A DNA stretch of 64,000 nucleotides from an uncultured Gammaproteobacteria bacterium (GCA_963714975.1 CAVQQD010000002.1:256001-320000), one strand, 5' to 3'. Numbered from the stretch's first letter, positions 1 through 11,495 are shown. A program made the numbers and translations. The notes: generated by a model not told the origin, from the letters alone.

Positions 1-185
1 ATCTCATTGATCCGTGATAAGGCTTCAGTGGGAATTGCTGACCGAGTGCATCGGATAGCTCCCACAAGGGGAGAAGGAAAATCTACCCACTCGATTCTAC
101 ATAGAACCAAAATTATTTTATTGAAAATTGATTTTTGCATGATACAGTGGCCAGTAATATTTAAGGTTTTTAAAAGGAGATAGGA

Positions 186-923
186 TTGCAAACTTTAACA
201 ATCAGTGGTGGTTCTTCTGGCATTGGTTTAGCCACTGCCAAACGCTTTGCCCAAGCGGGTTATCGTATTTTTAACTTAGACGTCCAAGAGCCCTGGGAAG
301 AGATTCCATCGGCAATTTATATTCCTTGTGATGTTTCACGCGTTAGTGAGATCAAAGAGGCAGTTGACAAAATTACGCAACAAACCTCTCGCGTCGATGC
401 CTTAGTGTGCAATGCTGGCATTCACTTATCGGCCAATGTACAGCAAACCTCCGAAGAGGATTTTCAACGCGTGATGGATGTAAATTTCAAAGGTTGTTTT
501 TTTCTCACTCAAGCCATCCTGCCCTTGATGATTCCTCATCGCCGAGGCGCTATTGCCTATTTGGGTTCCGATCAAAGCCTTATCGCCAAGACCAATTCGG
601 CTGCATACGGAGCCAGTAAAGCGGCGCTGGCCAGTCTTGCCAAAACTACGGCCATTGATTATGCCTCAGTAGGCATCCGCGCTAATTTAATCGCCGCTGG
701 CACGATTGATACTCCGCTCTATCGATCGGTCATACAACGCTATTGCCAACGCACTGGGGCCGATTTTAATGTGGTCAATCAAGCAGAAGCCGACCTCCAA
801 CCTCTTGGCCGGCTTGGCACTACAGCAGAAGTCGCTGAGCTAATTTATTTCCTCTGCAGCGAACAGGCTGGCTTTATTACCGGCGCTGTTTATCCGATAG
901 ATGGGGGTTACACCGCGAGATAA
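186..923 (+). CDS. Short-chain dehydrogenase/reductase (SDR)
   Basis: GGSSGIG Rossmann motif, NAG, YGASK catalytic motif, C-terminal IDGG; SD aggag upstream. Confidence 0.93.
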   Translation: MQTLTISGGSSGIGLATAKRFAQAGYRIFNLDVQEPWEEIPSAIYIPCDVSRVSEIKEAVDKITQQTSRVDALVCNAGIHLSANVQQTSEEDFQRVMDVNFKGCFFLTQAILPLMIPHRRGAIAYLGSDQSLIAKTNSAAYGASKAALASLAKTTAIDYASVGIRANLIAAGTIDTPLYRSVIQRYCQRTGADFNVVNQAEADLQPLGRLGTTAEVAELIYFLCSEQAGFITGAVYPIDGGYTAR

Positions 924-996
924 TATGAAGTGGTTCTGGCCTGTGGGGGCACCTTCTCCCGCAGAAAGACACTGCGGGATTTCTGCAGAAGGATGG

Positions 997-1566
997 TTAA
1001 ATCACCTGTGTCTCATACAAGAACCAAGTACGACGCTCAGTTTCGTCAATGAACACTTCTAAGAGACTAGCAGTACCCACATCATTATGATCAGCACACA
1101 CTTGATGGGCAGCACGCAGTCGCGCTGTTAGCGCTTTATTTTCTTCCATCAACCGATGAATCATTTCTGGGGCTTCGACCAGGGCATCATTATCGTCAAC
1201 CACACTTTGTAATTGTCCAATATGTTGAATGGAATGGATGGTTAAGCGTCCTAATTTACGTATTCGTTCAGCTAAGGCATCAATCATGGCAAAAATTTGT
1301 CCAGCTTGTTCATCGAGCAATAAGTGATAATCACGATAATGACTACCCGACATATGCCAATGGTAATTTTTAGTTTTCACAAACAAAGCAAAGGCATCTG
1401 CCACCAAAGGATTCACAGCTGCCGCAATATCATTGCGCGCTTTTTCGCCAAGATCGCTAGGAGTGGCCAACTTACTTGGGACCCCGACAAATATAGATTG
1501 TGGTTGTTTCATAATAGCACTCCCATAGATATCAGTTTCGAGTTGAGAAAATAATAAGTCAGACAT
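997..1566 (-). CDS. dps: Dps DNA-protection/ferritin-like protein
   Basis: KTKNYHWH, DYHLLLDE, LAERIR and C-terminal ERRTWFL; strong SD aaggaggt. Confidence 0.92.
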   Translation of the reverse strand: MSDLLFSQLETDIYGSAIMKQPQSIFVGVPSKLATPSDLGEKARNDIAAAVNPLVADAFALFVKTKNYHWHMSGSHYRDYHLLLDEQAGQIFAMIDALAERIRKLGRLTIHSIQHIGQLQSVVDDNDALVEAPEMIHRLMEENKALTARLRAAHQVCADHNDVGTASLLEVFIDETERRTWFLYETQVI

Positions 1567-1654
1567 TTTACCTCCTTGTAATAAGAAAATTATAGCCCTT
1601 TATTTACTTGATTGCTAAAATTTTATCTCATTTATTTGGTATTGCAAGGCAACC

Positions 1655-1687
1655 CTTAATAAATCCCTAATTTTTATCTGTTAAAGT
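1655..1687 (+). promoter_or_regulatory. PmrA-like box plus -10
   Basis: CTTAATAAA-tc-CCTAATTTT-N7-TAAAGT. Confidence 0.5.
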
Positions 1688-1730
1688 AAGCAGAAAAATT
1701 AACCTTAATCCATTAATGGGACAAATTTTT

Positions 1731-1883
1731 ATGGTTGAGACAGCACATCAACAGGCTGACGGTGGGACTTTTATGGTGGGGGTTATAGTCCCAGGAATAT
1801 TGTTAGGTGTTGGAATTCACTATGCGATAAGTAGCGTTAAAAATAGTATTGACCCCCATAGGAAAAATTTATGCGTCACTTAA
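1731..1883 (+). CDS. Small 50-aa single-TM protein (not in ORF track)
   Basis: MVETAHQQADGGTFMVGVIVPGILLGVGIHYAISSVKNSIDPHRKNLCVT*; lies downstream of the PmrA-like promoter. Confidence 0.4.
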   Translation: MVETAHQQADGGTFMVGVIVPGILLGVGIHYAISSVKNSIDPHRKNLCVT

Positions 1884-2941
1884 TAATAAGGTCAGTTTTA
1901 TTCCTTTGTATAACAACTAGTGCACTTGCTGAAGAAAGATTGATTTTTGCGGTTGATGTTCTTCGTCATGGTGATAGAACACCTACAATAAATATTCCTA
2001 AAGCACCTTATCATTGGAAGGAGGGGTTAGGACAATTGACCGCCAAGGGTATGCAGCAAGAATATTTCCTTGGTGCTAATTTAAGGAAAATTTATGTGGA
2101 CAAGTATCACTTGCTTCCGTCCCATTATGCTGTTGAAACTTTGTATGTGCGATCTAGCGATGTGGATCGTACTCTTATGAGTGCGCAATCTTTCTTGATG
2201 GGATTGTACCCGCTAGGAACTGGACCTAGCTTGTCTAAATCAAGAATCCCAGCCTTACCTCAATTATTTCAACCCATACCAATTCATACGATTGCAAAAG
2301 ACCAAGATAATTTGCTGATAACATGGACTAAGTCGCCGGTATTTAAAGAATATTTAAAAAAATATGTTTATTCGACTGCTGAATGGAAAGAGAAAACGAC
2401 TAAATTGACTCCAAAATTTACAAAATGGAGTCAAGCAACGGGTATTAAGATTACCGAACTTTTTCAGCTTATCTCTTTGGGAGACACCTTATATATTAAC
2501 CAACTTTATCAGGTACCGTTACCTGCAGGACTTACGTCTAAAGATGCTCAAGAAATAATTGATGCGGGTCGATGGGCGTTTACGACTGCGTTTAAATCCC
2601 AGGAGATAGGTAAAAATACAGGGAATACACTACTTAGGACAATTGCTAATTATCTACAAGAGGTGGCCGTGGGAAAGACTCAAATAAAATATTTATTATT
2701 TTCTTCACACGATAGTACACAATTAAGCTTAATGAGTGCCATGGCGGCTCCTTTGAAGGAGGTTCCACCCTATGCTGCAGATTTAAATTTTTCTTTATTC
2801 GAGCATGGAAAGAATACTTATTATGTAAAAATTTATTTTAATGGGAAAAAAGTCATCATCCCTGGTTGCAATAAAAGTAATATTTGCTCTTTAGCAGAGT
2901 TTAATGCATTAATTAACCTAAAAAAAGCAGTTGAACTATGA
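1871..2941 (+). CDS. Secreted histidine acid phosphatase
   Basis: Signal peptide, RHGDRTP and SHD catalytic motifs; the last 8 residues come from the IS end. Confidence 0.92.
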   Translation: MRHLIIRSVLFLCITTSALAEERLIFAVDVLRHGDRTPTINIPKAPYHWKEGLGQLTAKGMQQEYFLGANLRKIYVDKYHLLPSHYAVETLYVRSSDVDRTLMSAQSFLMGLYPLGTGPSLSKSRIPALPQLFQPIPIHTIAKDQDNLLITWTKSPVFKEYLKKYVYSTAEWKEKTTKLTPKFTKWSQATGIKITELFQLISLGDTLYINQLYQVPLPAGLTSKDAQEIIDAGRWAFTTAFKSQEIGKNTGNTLLRTIANYLQEVAVGKTQIKYLLFSSHDSTQLSLMSAMAAPLKEVPPYAADLNFSLFEHGKNTYYVKIYFNGKKVIIPGCNKSNICSLAEFNALINLKKAVEL

Positions 2942-4632
2942 GAATAATGCGACCCTTATAACAAAATTACAGGGGAAATCGCATGAAACTACCTCCGGCT
3001 CCTCTTCACCCAACGGGTGAACTGCCACAAGACTTAAAAGAAGAAAATTTATTAGCCAAAAATGTCTCATTAGCCCTAGATACTTTTGGTGGTCGCATCT
3101 ATGTGGAATGGGATCCTCAAGCTGCTGTAACTCCGCTAGGACAATTGGCATTTTTTATTGAATTTTTAAAGATTGGAAATTTATTTAACCCTTGGGTTGA
3201 AGATTGTCCATTGTAATTAGTAAGTCCCAACGCTCCTTCAAATCGTGACATTTTAGGTACGCTGTTATTAGCTGTTTTAGCAGGTCATAGTCGCTATGCT
3301 CATATCACTACATTGCGTTGTGATGGAGTAAATCCAGATTTATTGGGTATGAAAAAAATAGTGAGTGAAGATTCACTCCGGCGTGCTTTTGTAAAAATGG
3401 AAGAAGAAGCTGGAATAGTATGGCTACAAAAACATTTAAATAAATGTTATGTGCCATTGCTGAGTGTGCCATGGATATTAGATGTTGATACAACAGTTAA
3501 AGTACTTTATGGAAAACAGGAAGGAGCTGTATTGGGTTATAATCCAACAAAACCTGGCCGCCCTTCTCATACCTATCATTCCTATTTTATCGCCAATTTA
3601 CGTTTAGTACTGGATGTTGAAGTACAGCCTGGTAATCAAATGGCATCCAGTTATTCGGCGCCTGATTTATGGGAATTATTAGATCGTATTCCGCGTGCAC
3701 AGTGGCCTCAATTTTTGCGAGGTGATTGTGCTTTTGGTACAGATGGTGTGATGAAAATTGCTGAAGAAAAGCAAATACCCTATTTATTTAAATTGAAATC
3801 AACGAAGAATGTAAAGCGTTTAATAGAAGAAGTAAAAATGGTTCGTCAAGATTGGTATTTTGCTGATCAGGGCTGGGAAGGGACTGATGCCTTATTGAAA
3901 TTAGATGGTTGGGAAAGATCGCGTCGAGTCATCGTGTTGAGAAAAAAAATACAAAAAAATTTAATGCTTATTTCACAACATGCAGGAACAAAACAATTAG
4001 AGATATGTTTTGGTGAGGTTGATGATAAAACCTATGTTTATGAATACGCTGTATTAGTTACTTCATTACCGGATGAAATACTGACTATTGCGCAACATTA
4101 TCGCGATCGTGCGGACAGTGAAAATATATTTGATGAATTGAAAAATCAATGGGGTTGGAGCGGGTTTACAACCCAAGACATGAAGCGTTGCCGCTTTATG
4201 TCGCGCGTGGTTGTCTTCTTATTTATAATTGGTGGAATATATTTGCTCGCCTGGCAGAACCTGACAAACATTTAGAAGCTATTACGAGTCGTCCCTTATT
4301 ATTGCATGCTATGGCAAAACAAACTGTCCATGCAAGACAAACACACATTGTTATCAGCAGCACGCATGGAAATATTAATAAAGTTCAAATGTTATTAAGC
4401 CGCGTGGTGAAATTTTTTAAAGGATTAAAAAAAGATGCGGAGCAGTTAACACATGATCAATGTTGGTATCGAATTTTGAGCCAAGCAGTAGGAAAATATT
4501 TAAATGGAAAGTCGCTGCAGCCACCACTTGGTTTATCAGCACCCACATAAAATTGAAAAAAAGGTACTTTGTTGGAAGATATTTGATCAGAGTTTTATCG
4601 GTTAAGGAAGTCCTTCAACTGCCGTTTTTAGA
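2917..4632 (+). mobile_element. IS1380-family insertion sequence
   Basis: IRL CCTAAAAAAAGCAGTTGAA (from 2917), IRR TTCAACTGCCGTTTTTAGA (to 4632), TTAA duplicated at 2913-2916 and 4633-4636. Confidence 0.88.
2983..4550 (+). pseudogene. IS1380-family DDE transposase, interrupted
   Basis: ILDVDTT, GYNPTKPGRPSH, LRGDC, YRDRADSENIFDELKNQWGW; in-frame TAA at 3214-3216 and a frameshift near 4215. Confidence 0.85.
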
Positions 4633-4663
4633 TTAAGTAGCTTTTTTAAAAAGAGGAGTTTTT

Positions 4664-4960
4664 ATGACTGAGATACAGCAAGAGGGTGACTGTAACAAAA
4701 ATACTGCCCATTGGGTTGTTGGAATATTTGGAACACCATTATGTTGGGCTGGTGGATTTTCCTTTGAAGTCAAAGGAATCTGGGGCGCTTCAGTACCTTG
4801 TTATGTAGGGGTTGTGCTTTGTATGGCAGTACTTGCCTACACTGAATATAACAGGCGTAAAAATTTACCGGCTGCAGATAATAGCCCACAAGAGCCTAAT
4901 GTTGATAAGGTCAGTGATCAGGACCCCCTCCCTACAACACCCTTATCGATAAATAACTAG
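4664..4960 (+). CDS. Hypothetical protein with TM hairpin and P/S/N-rich tail (effector candidate)
   Basis: SD gaggag; two adjacent hydrophobic segments. Confidence 0.65.
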   Translation: MTEIQQEGDCNKNTAHWVVGIFGTPLCWAGGFSFEVKGIWGASVPCYVGVVLCMAVLAYTEYNRRKNLPAADNSPQEPNVDKVSDQDPLPTTPLSINN

Positions 4961-5020
4961 GGCGGGGGGGCGCCCCCTATAATTCCTTCTCCTGGTGGGA
5001 GAAGGTGCCCGGGGATTCTT

Positions 5021-6285
5021 TTACTTCTCCATATGCCTAATAATCGCCTCGCCAAATTCACTGCTACCCAATAAAGTCGCGCCTGGGATGAGTCGTTCAA
5101 AATCATAAGTGACAGTTTTCGCTGCAATGGCGCCGCTAATGCCTTTGATAATTAAATCAGCAGCTTCTTTCCAACCCAGATATCGCAGCATCATTTCCGC
5201 TGATAAAATCAAGGAACCAGGATTAACCTTATCTTGGCCGGCATATTTAGGCGCTGTGCCGTGAGTGGCTTCAAAACAAGCCGCTCGATCACCCATATTA
5301 GCCCCGGGGCAATACCAATACCGCCCACCTGGGCTGCTAAGGCATCTGAAATATAATCGCCATTTAAGTTTAAAGTCGCAATCACGCTATATTCTGCCGG
5401 ACGCAATAAAATTTGCTGTAGAAAAGCATCGGCAATCATATCTTTAATCATAATTTCTTGCCCATTGTGAGGGTTTTTGATCACATGCCAAGGGCCCGCC
5501 ATCTAAAGGAGTTGCGCCAAATCGTTCGCGGGCAATAGCATATCCCCATTCCTTAAATGCACCTTCAGTGAATTTCATGATATTGCCTTTATGCACCAGC
5601 GTAACGGAATCGCGTTGATTATCGATGGCATATTGAATGGCGCGGGTGACTAGACGTTGCGTGCCTTCTTTTGAAACTGGTTTTACGCCAATACCGCAGT
5701 GCTGGGAAAACGAATTTTCGTCACCTTCATTTCATTGTTGTAAAAAATGAATGACTTTTTTTGCTTCAGGGGAGTCGGCTGGCCATTCAATCCCAGCATA
5801 AATATCTTCAGAATTTTCTCGGAAAATCACCATATTGGTCTTTTCTGGTTCTTTTAACGGGCTGGGAGTGCCGGGAAAATAACGAACTGGGCGTAAGCAA
5901 ACATACAAATCTAAATCTTGACGCAATGGCCACATTTAACGAACGAATGCCCCCGCCCACCGGTGTAGTAAGAGGGCCTTTAATGCTGATGACAAATTCA
6001 CGTAAGGCTTCTAAGGTTTCTTCCGGCAACCATATGTCCTGGGCCATAGACATGGGTGGATTTTTCTCCAGCATAAATTTCCATCCAAGCAATTTGCCTT
6101 TCACCGCCATATGCTTTAGCAATAGCCGCATCCACTACCTTGCGCATAGGGGGGGTAATATCCACGCCAATACCATCGCCCTCAATAAAAGGAATGATTG
6201 GTCGATTGGGGACATTTAAACTAAGTTCTTGATTAATGGTAATTTTTTCACCATGAGCAGGAACGATAACTTTTGAATAGGACAT
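5021..6285 (-). CDS. icd: NADP-dependent isocitrate dehydrogenase; four 1-bp frameshifts as assembled
   Basis: Fragments [49 protein letters not shown] and [13 protein letters not shown] are in shifted frames; the breaks fall in short homopolymers. Confidence 0.93.
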
Positions 6286-6538
6286 CTTGGCAGGCTCCAG
6301 AAAAGTGGTTAGAGCAGAGAATGATACTATAGAGCTGTCCTATTAAAAATAGCTATTTGGCATGAAATTTTCATAATTTAGACTAATGTTATACATGGGT
6401 GGCCAGAAGAGGATTGGTGGTATCAGGTAGAAGACAGTATGAAAGCATAGAGTGGCTGAGCAAGGGGGCATGTAATCTGACCAATAAAACTACACTCTTG
6501 AGTGCAATTAGGAAGATTGGCTGAGAGCAAGCAAGAGG

Positions 6539-8824
6539 ATGACCATGTTCAGCAAATCACTAGAAGTCACGTTAAACCTGGCGTTTGCGAAAGCAAAAGA
6601 ACGACGCCATGAATTTATGACGGTGGAGCACCTATTATTAGCATTAATTGAAAACGTGGAGGCCGCAGAGGTTTTAATTGCCTGTGGTGCTAATTTACAG
6701 CGTATGCGTGCGGGCTTGGACATTTTTGTAGAAGAGACCACGCCCCATGTGCTTCCAAATAAACCATTCAATGTTCAACCTACTATGGGCTTTCAGCGCG
6801 TTTTACAACGAGCAGTATTCCAAGCCCAAGCCGCTGGTAAGACCGAAGTCACCGGGGTCAGCGTGTTAGCCGCTATTTTTGGCGAGCCAGAAAGTCAAGC
6901 GGTGTATTTCCTGGAGCAGGAAAATATTAACCGGGTCGATGTGGGTCATTTTCTCTCAACCAACGTGACTCGGATCCAGCAGCACTACAATGAACCTGAG
7001 ATGGATTTTGAGCGCCCGCCAGCGCAAGAATTGGACGGCGAGGCACTTTCGGCAGAAGCGCTCTTAGAACGTTATGCGGGTAATTTGAACGAGCAAGCTA
7101 GGCTAGGCAAAATTGACCCACTTATCGGGCGCAAAGAAGAAATCGCGCGGGTTATCCAAGTATTATGCCGTCGCCATAAAAATAACCCCTTATTGGTTGG
7201 TGAGGCAGGTGTGGGGAAAACGGCCATTGCTGAAGGTTTAGCGCGATTAATTGTCGAAGGTAAGGTACCCGCGCCGATTAGTCAAAGTATTATCTATAGT
7301 TTAGATTTAGGCTATTTATTGGCGGGAACCAAATATCGCGGTGACTTTGAAAAACGTTTTAAATCGGTATTAAAAGCGTTAAAACAGATTCCTAATTCCA
7401 TCGTTTTTATAGATGAAATCCATACCCTGATTGGAGCAGGTGCGGCGTCTGGGGGGGCAATAGATGCTAGCAATTTGATTAAGCCCCTCCTGTCATCAGG
7501 AGAGATCCGTTGCATTGGTTCTACCACTTATCAGGAATTTCGTAATATTTTTGAAAAAGATCGCGCGCTGACGCGGCGCTTTCAGAAAATTGATATTCCA
7601 GAGCCTTCAGTCGATGAGACTTATCAAATTTTGAAGGGATTGAGGCAGAAATTCGAACAATACCATGGCACTATTTATTCCCTACGGGCATTAAAATTGG
7701 CTGTGGTTTTATCAGAGCGTTATCTCAACGACCGACGTTTGCCTGATAAGGCGATTGATGTCATTGATGAGGCGGGAGCTTATCAACGCTTGCAGCCGCT
7801 TTCAAAACATAAAAAAGTGATAGGGCGGCATGAGATAGAAGAAATAGTGGCTAAAATGGCGCGTATTCCTTCTTCACACGTATCTAGCTCAGATAAAGAT
7901 GTATTGCGTCATTTAGAAGAGAGCTTGAAAAGACAAGTTTTTGGTCAAGATCAAGCCGTGGAAACGTTAGCTTCCGCGATTAAACTTTCTCGCTCGGGAT
8001 TGCGCGATGCTGAGAAACCCGTGGGATCCTTCTTGCTGTCCGGACCAACCGGGGTGGGTAAAACCGAATTATCTCGACAGCTGGCTAAGCAGCTCAATAT
8101 TGAATTAATTCGTTTCGATATGTCGGAATATATGGAGCATCATACTGTATCTCGCCTTATTGGTGCGCCTCCTGGCTATGTGGGCTATGACCAAGGTGGC
8201 TTGTTAACCGAAGCGGTGATTAAACATCCTCACGCGGTAGTGCTTTTAGATGAAATTGAAAAAGCCCATTCTGATGTATTTAATCTACTATTGCAGGTCA
8301 TGGATCACGGTAGCTTAACCGATAATAATGGACGGATGGCAGATTTTCGCCATGTGGTCTTAATTATGACGACGAATATTGGAGCAGCACAGCTGGATAA
8401 GATGACCGTGGGCTTTGCTGAACACCGAGACGATAATAATTCGGAGGATATCGAGGCTATTCGGCGCCTTTTCTCGCCAGAATTTCGGAATCGCTTAGAC
8501 GCCGTACTCTCTTTTCGTCACTTAACTGAGGAAATCATCAATCGAGTCATTGATAAATTTTTACTCGAGCTTGAAGCCCAATTGCAGGATAAAGGCGTCA
8601 GCTTACTTGTCGATGCCCCTAGTCGGCATTGGCTCAGTGTTCATGGTTATGATCGCAAAATGGGCGCTCGTCCTATGGCACGGATTATTGAAGAACAAAT
8701 CAAAAAGCCACTCGCAGAAGAGCTGTTGTTTGGAAAATTACTCGGAGGAGGTTCGGTGAATGTGCGGGTGAAAGATGACAAGCTGAGTTTGGTGATTAGC
8801 GGACTAGAGAAGGTGGCGGCTTAG
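6539..8824 (+). CDS. clpA: ATP-dependent Clp protease ATP-binding subunit ClpA
   Basis: [15 protein letters not shown]-domain; two AAA modules ([16 protein letters not shown]); RFDMSEY. Confidence 0.97.
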   Translation: MTMFSKSLEVTLNLAFAKAKERRHEFMTVEHLLLALIENVEAAEVLIACGANLQRMRAGLDIFVEETTPHVLPNKPFNVQPTMGFQRVLQRAVFQAQAAGKTEVTGVSVLAAIFGEPESQAVYFLEQENINRVDVGHFLSTNVTRIQQHYNEPEMDFERPPAQELDGEALSAEALLERYAGNLNEQARLGKIDPLIGRKEEIARVIQVLCRRHKNNPLLVGEAGVGKTAIAEGLARLIVEGKVPAPISQSIIYSLDLGYLLAGTKYRGDFEKRFKSVLKALKQIPNSIVFIDEIHTLIGAGAASGGAIDASNLIKPLLSSGEIRCIGSTTYQEFRNIFEKDRALTRRFQKIDIPEPSVDETYQILKGLRQKFEQYHGTIYSLRALKLAVVLSERYLNDRRLPDKAIDVIDEAGAYQRLQPLSKHKKVIGRHEIEEIVAKMARIPSSHVSSSDKDVLRHLEESLKRQVFGQDQAVETLASAIKLSRSGLRDAEKPVGSFLLSGPTGVGKTELSRQLAKQLNIELIRFDMSEYMEHHTVSRLIGAPPGYVGYDQGGLLTEAVIKHPHAVVLLDEIEKAHSDVFNLLLQVMDHGSLTDNNGRMADFRHVVLIMTTNIGAAQLDKMTVGFAEHRDDNNSEDIEAIRRLFSPEFRNRLDAVLSFRHLTEEIINRVIDKFLLELEAQLQDKGVSLLVDAPSRHWLSVHGYDRKMGARPMARIIEEQIKKPLAEELLFGKLLGGGSVNVRVKDDKLSLVISGLEKVAA

Positions 8825-8876
8825 GGTCTGTTAAAAAATCATTTTAAAAGCAGGTAAATTTAAGTCATTTTTGTCA

Positions 8877-8909
8877 CTTAATTTTCCCTTAAGATCCTTA
8901 CTCTATAAT
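8877..8909 (+). promoter_or_regulatory. PmrA-type box plus -10
   Basis: CTTAATTTT-cc-CTTAAGATC-N7-TATAAT, upstream of the 8960 ORF. Confidence 0.75.
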
Positions 8910-8959
8910 CATTAAAAAGGTAATAATACGAAATAACTCAAGTGGAGTTTTGAATACCT

Positions 8960-11035
8960 ATGCCTAGAGATTTAAAAGATTTTTCTGGTGATTCACTGAT
9001 TATCGGAGGCGCGTGTTCCGACAACGCTGCCGTTCTTCTACACCCTGTGCGCACACCAGAAAACTGTTATACAGTGGATATTGATCACAACCCGGATGCT
9101 ATCGCTGACATCACTAATATAGACCAATGTGCATTCATTCCAAATCAGCGGTTTAGTTTTATCTTATTCGAACATATAACTTATTTAGGGGAAGAAGGAT
9201 CACGAACAGCGTTTGAAACAGCACGCAGAATCCTCAAAGATGATGGTACTTTAGTATATATAGGAGGGGGTGATGATATTCCAGAGTTCTTAAAAAAAGC
9301 AGGATTCGGAGCTGTTTATAAAAAAGAATATTACCCATTTATGGCTAAAAAACCTTGCATAGCAATACTCGCATCAAAAGAAACAAGGCCGAGTAAGGAC
9401 GAAAGTATATCCATATCTTCATCTCCTCAAGCTCAATACTACATCAATTATTATAGATTCTTCAGCGACAAACCCTTTGTTGATATTATTTCGCTCCAAT
9501 CTGAAATCCTTGCTGAAAATAAAGTTGAGCATGTAAATAACAATCAAAGCTTAAACCAATCGAACATGGCTGAAGCCCAACCCCTTGATGAGAAGCAACG
9601 AGGGGTAAGAATTCTGCAGGTTGGTATGGTTGTTGCATACCTACAGGCTAAATATTTATGTAATCCAACGAACTGTCAGGCAAGTGAGATTCGACGCCTG
9701 ATCTCTGACCTCCAAGGAGGAAACTGTAAATCTCAGACCCTAACCCGAGATAAGGAAACTGTAGGCATTACTGTCCAATTTCTTGAACAGATGCTTAAAA
9801 TGGCAGCAACAGGTACCCTCTCTGACAAAGATATTCATTCGAAATTACACAAGGAACTCTCAATACTGAAGGAGCAGCCCGAACATGTCCAAGGGCAAGG
9901 GTTTCAACCCCATATAAACCGACTCCAAGGCTTTCTTTCTCAGAAATTTAAAGCATGGGATGATGCTTATGGAACACAATTTAGCACTATCTTGACGCAT
10001 CAAGTGCCCCAATCTCTTTTAGACAACCCAACGGCTGGGCAGTCTACTCCCTTATTAGATACTAAGCTCAATAAGCAACAAGCCCCGCGATTGCCATGGC
10101 CAGACCCCACAACGACTGAGCGTACTCCGTTAGATACCAAGCTCGTGCTCAGTGAGGAACAAGCCACTAGAGGAGGTGATTTGGTTTATGTCATGCAGAT
10201 ATTAATGGATTCTTATCTAGGAGAAAGTACTCAGTATCAAAGCCTACAAAATATTATAAATGAGGTCCAAAAAAATGGGCTTGGTGTGCATTCAGCCAGC
10301 CCGGATCATAAAGCAATTGCGGTGAAATTCCTTGTGAAATTACAACCAATAGAGAGGCAAAAAGGTTTGGCGCAAGTCAAAGCAGACTGTAAACAAATTA
10401 GTTCAGATTTCCAAGAGGTTGGCATTCCTTTATTGAATAAGGGGGCACCAAATAAGCGTGCACGCAATGCACAAGGGGCATTTAGCGTTTTAAAGAAGTG
10501 GTTTGAGGCTTGGGATCGCTCTTATGACACACAATTTAAGGAGCTCGCTGAGTGGATTTTGAAGTTGGGCCATTATCACCCTTCCTATTCCAAAGCTTCC
10601 CCGGAAGAAAATCAAGGTCGCCAAAGTGAATTCAAAAAATTACAGCCTTCATCGCTGCAACCTGTGAGAGAAGGCGCATTAGTTGTTTATCAGAGCCGCC
10701 CAGTAACAGGAACTCCTCCTCCGAACCTAGGAGCTGATCTACCTGCAGAAGGTCCTGCACTTGGAAATTCAACTCCGCGTTGCTCTTTTTGGCATAAGTT
10801 AGCTGTTGGTGGCGGAATAGGAGGTTTGTTATTAGAAGGCTATGATTGGGGCCTTAATAATGGAGAAATTTCGAAAGCAGCTTGGAATTTGGTTTCGACT
10901 GAAGCGCTAGTGTTTGATAGTAGTTTAGTAGTAATGGCGCTTATTGCCTTTTGTGTGGAGCGTTATCGTAGTGGAACTAAGGTTACGCATCCTAGTCCTC
11001 CTGAGAGCACAATGGCTTCACCTAACATTTCCTAA
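8960..11035 (+). CDS. Effector candidate: methyltransferase-like N-domain, duplicated helical domain, C-terminal TM hairpin
   Basis: LIIGG..YTVDID..PDAIADIT..FSFILFEH; repeats FKAWDDAYGTQF / FEAWDRSYDTQF; hydrophobic C-terminus. Confidence 0.7.
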   Translation: MPRDLKDFSGDSLIIGGACSDNAAVLLHPVRTPENCYTVDIDHNPDAIADITNIDQCAFIPNQRFSFILFEHITYLGEEGSRTAFETARRILKDDGTLVYIGGGDDIPEFLKKAGFGAVYKKEYYPFMAKKPCIAILASKETRPSKDESISISSSPQAQYYINYYRFFSDKPFVDIISLQSEILAENKVEHVNNNQSLNQSNMAEAQPLDEKQRGVRILQVGMVVAYLQAKYLCNPTNCQASEIRRLISDLQGGNCKSQTLTRDKETVGITVQFLEQMLKMAATGTLSDKDIHSKLHKELSILKEQPEHVQGQGFQPHINRLQGFLSQKFKAWDDAYGTQFSTILTHQVPQSLLDNPTAGQSTPLLDTKLNKQQAPRLPWPDPTTTERTPLDTKLVLSEEQATRGGDLVYVMQILMDSYLGESTQYQSLQNIINEVQKNGLGVHSASPDHKAIAVKFLVKLQPIERQKGLAQVKADCKQISSDFQEVGIPLLNKGAPNKRARNAQGAFSVLKKWFEAWDRSYDTQFKELAEWILKLGHYHPSYSKASPEENQGRQSEFKKLQPSSLQPVREGALVVYQSRPVTGTPPPNLGADLPAEGPALGNSTPRCSFWHKLAVGGGIGGLLLEGYDWGLNNGEISKAAWNLVSTEALVFDSSLVVMALIAFCVERYRSGTKVTHPSPPESTMASPNIS

Positions 11036-11080
11036 TTGACAATTTCAAACGTAACCATTCAGCATCTTTTTGCGTAAAAA

Positions 11081-11200
11081 TCCTTCTCCCCTTGTGGGAG
11101 AAGGTGCCCGAAAGGGCGGACAAGGGGTAAGCTTGAAACCAGCAAGGAGCATTTTATTAGCTAAATGCTCATTGCTGCTTACCCCTCACCCGCGCGCCTT
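11081..11200 (+). repeat. REP-doublet (REPIN/MITE-like) element, truncated copy
   Basis: Near-identical to 25568-25720 and to the reverse complement of 39575-39728, including the internal spacer. Confidence 0.85.
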
Positions 11201-11223
11201 GGGGGTAGGGGGGGTTAAAAGGG

Positions 11224-11358
11224 TCAGCAGCTACCAACCAATAAAATAGTGATAGTCATACCAAAGTTTTTTATTTTTGTCAGGGTATCAACGAGGGGAG
11301 GGCGATGCCCTGGTTGACGAAAGCATTTAAAGGGGATGTTAATGTTATTATCATTCAT
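11224..11358 (-). CDS. Small 44-aa ORF downstream of cassette copy 1 (possibly a remnant)
   Basis: SD aggag then MNDNNINIPFKCFRQPGHRPPLVDTLTKIKNFGMTITILLVGSC*. Confidence 0.3.
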   Translation of the reverse strand: MNDNNINIPFKCFRQPGHRPPLVDTLTKIKNFGMTITILLVGSC

Positions 11359-11404
11359 GAATATGCTCCTGGATTTATAGTTGAAAAAACAACGAATCAA
11401 GGAA

Positions 11405-11495
11405 GCGGCAGCAGAGGATTTTTATAGGCGAGGGCGGAGGCGGTAGCTTAAGAGAAGGAGTGCCTCACGCCCTACCTATTTCCTCTGCTACCAGC
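11405..11495 (-). other. Long 3' hairpin of cassette copy 1
   Basis: On the minus strand GGTAGCAGAGGA..ATAGGTAGGGCG.GAGGC pairs with GCCTCCGCCCT.GCCTAT..TCCTCTGCTGCC; equivalent to 63056-63162. Confidence 0.7.

Noticed and set aside
46-61. 16-bp match GTGCATCGGATAGCTC with about 47772
   Set aside because: One match of this length is expected by chance in 64 kb and there is no extension
5021-6285. Programmed frameshifting or true pseudogene for icd (likewise sufB and sufC)
   Set aside because: Several scattered 1-bp indels, mostly in homopolymers, with intact motifs fit sequencing error better
6290-6535. clpS or cspD between icd and clpA
   Set aside because: No recognisable ORF or remnant in this interval
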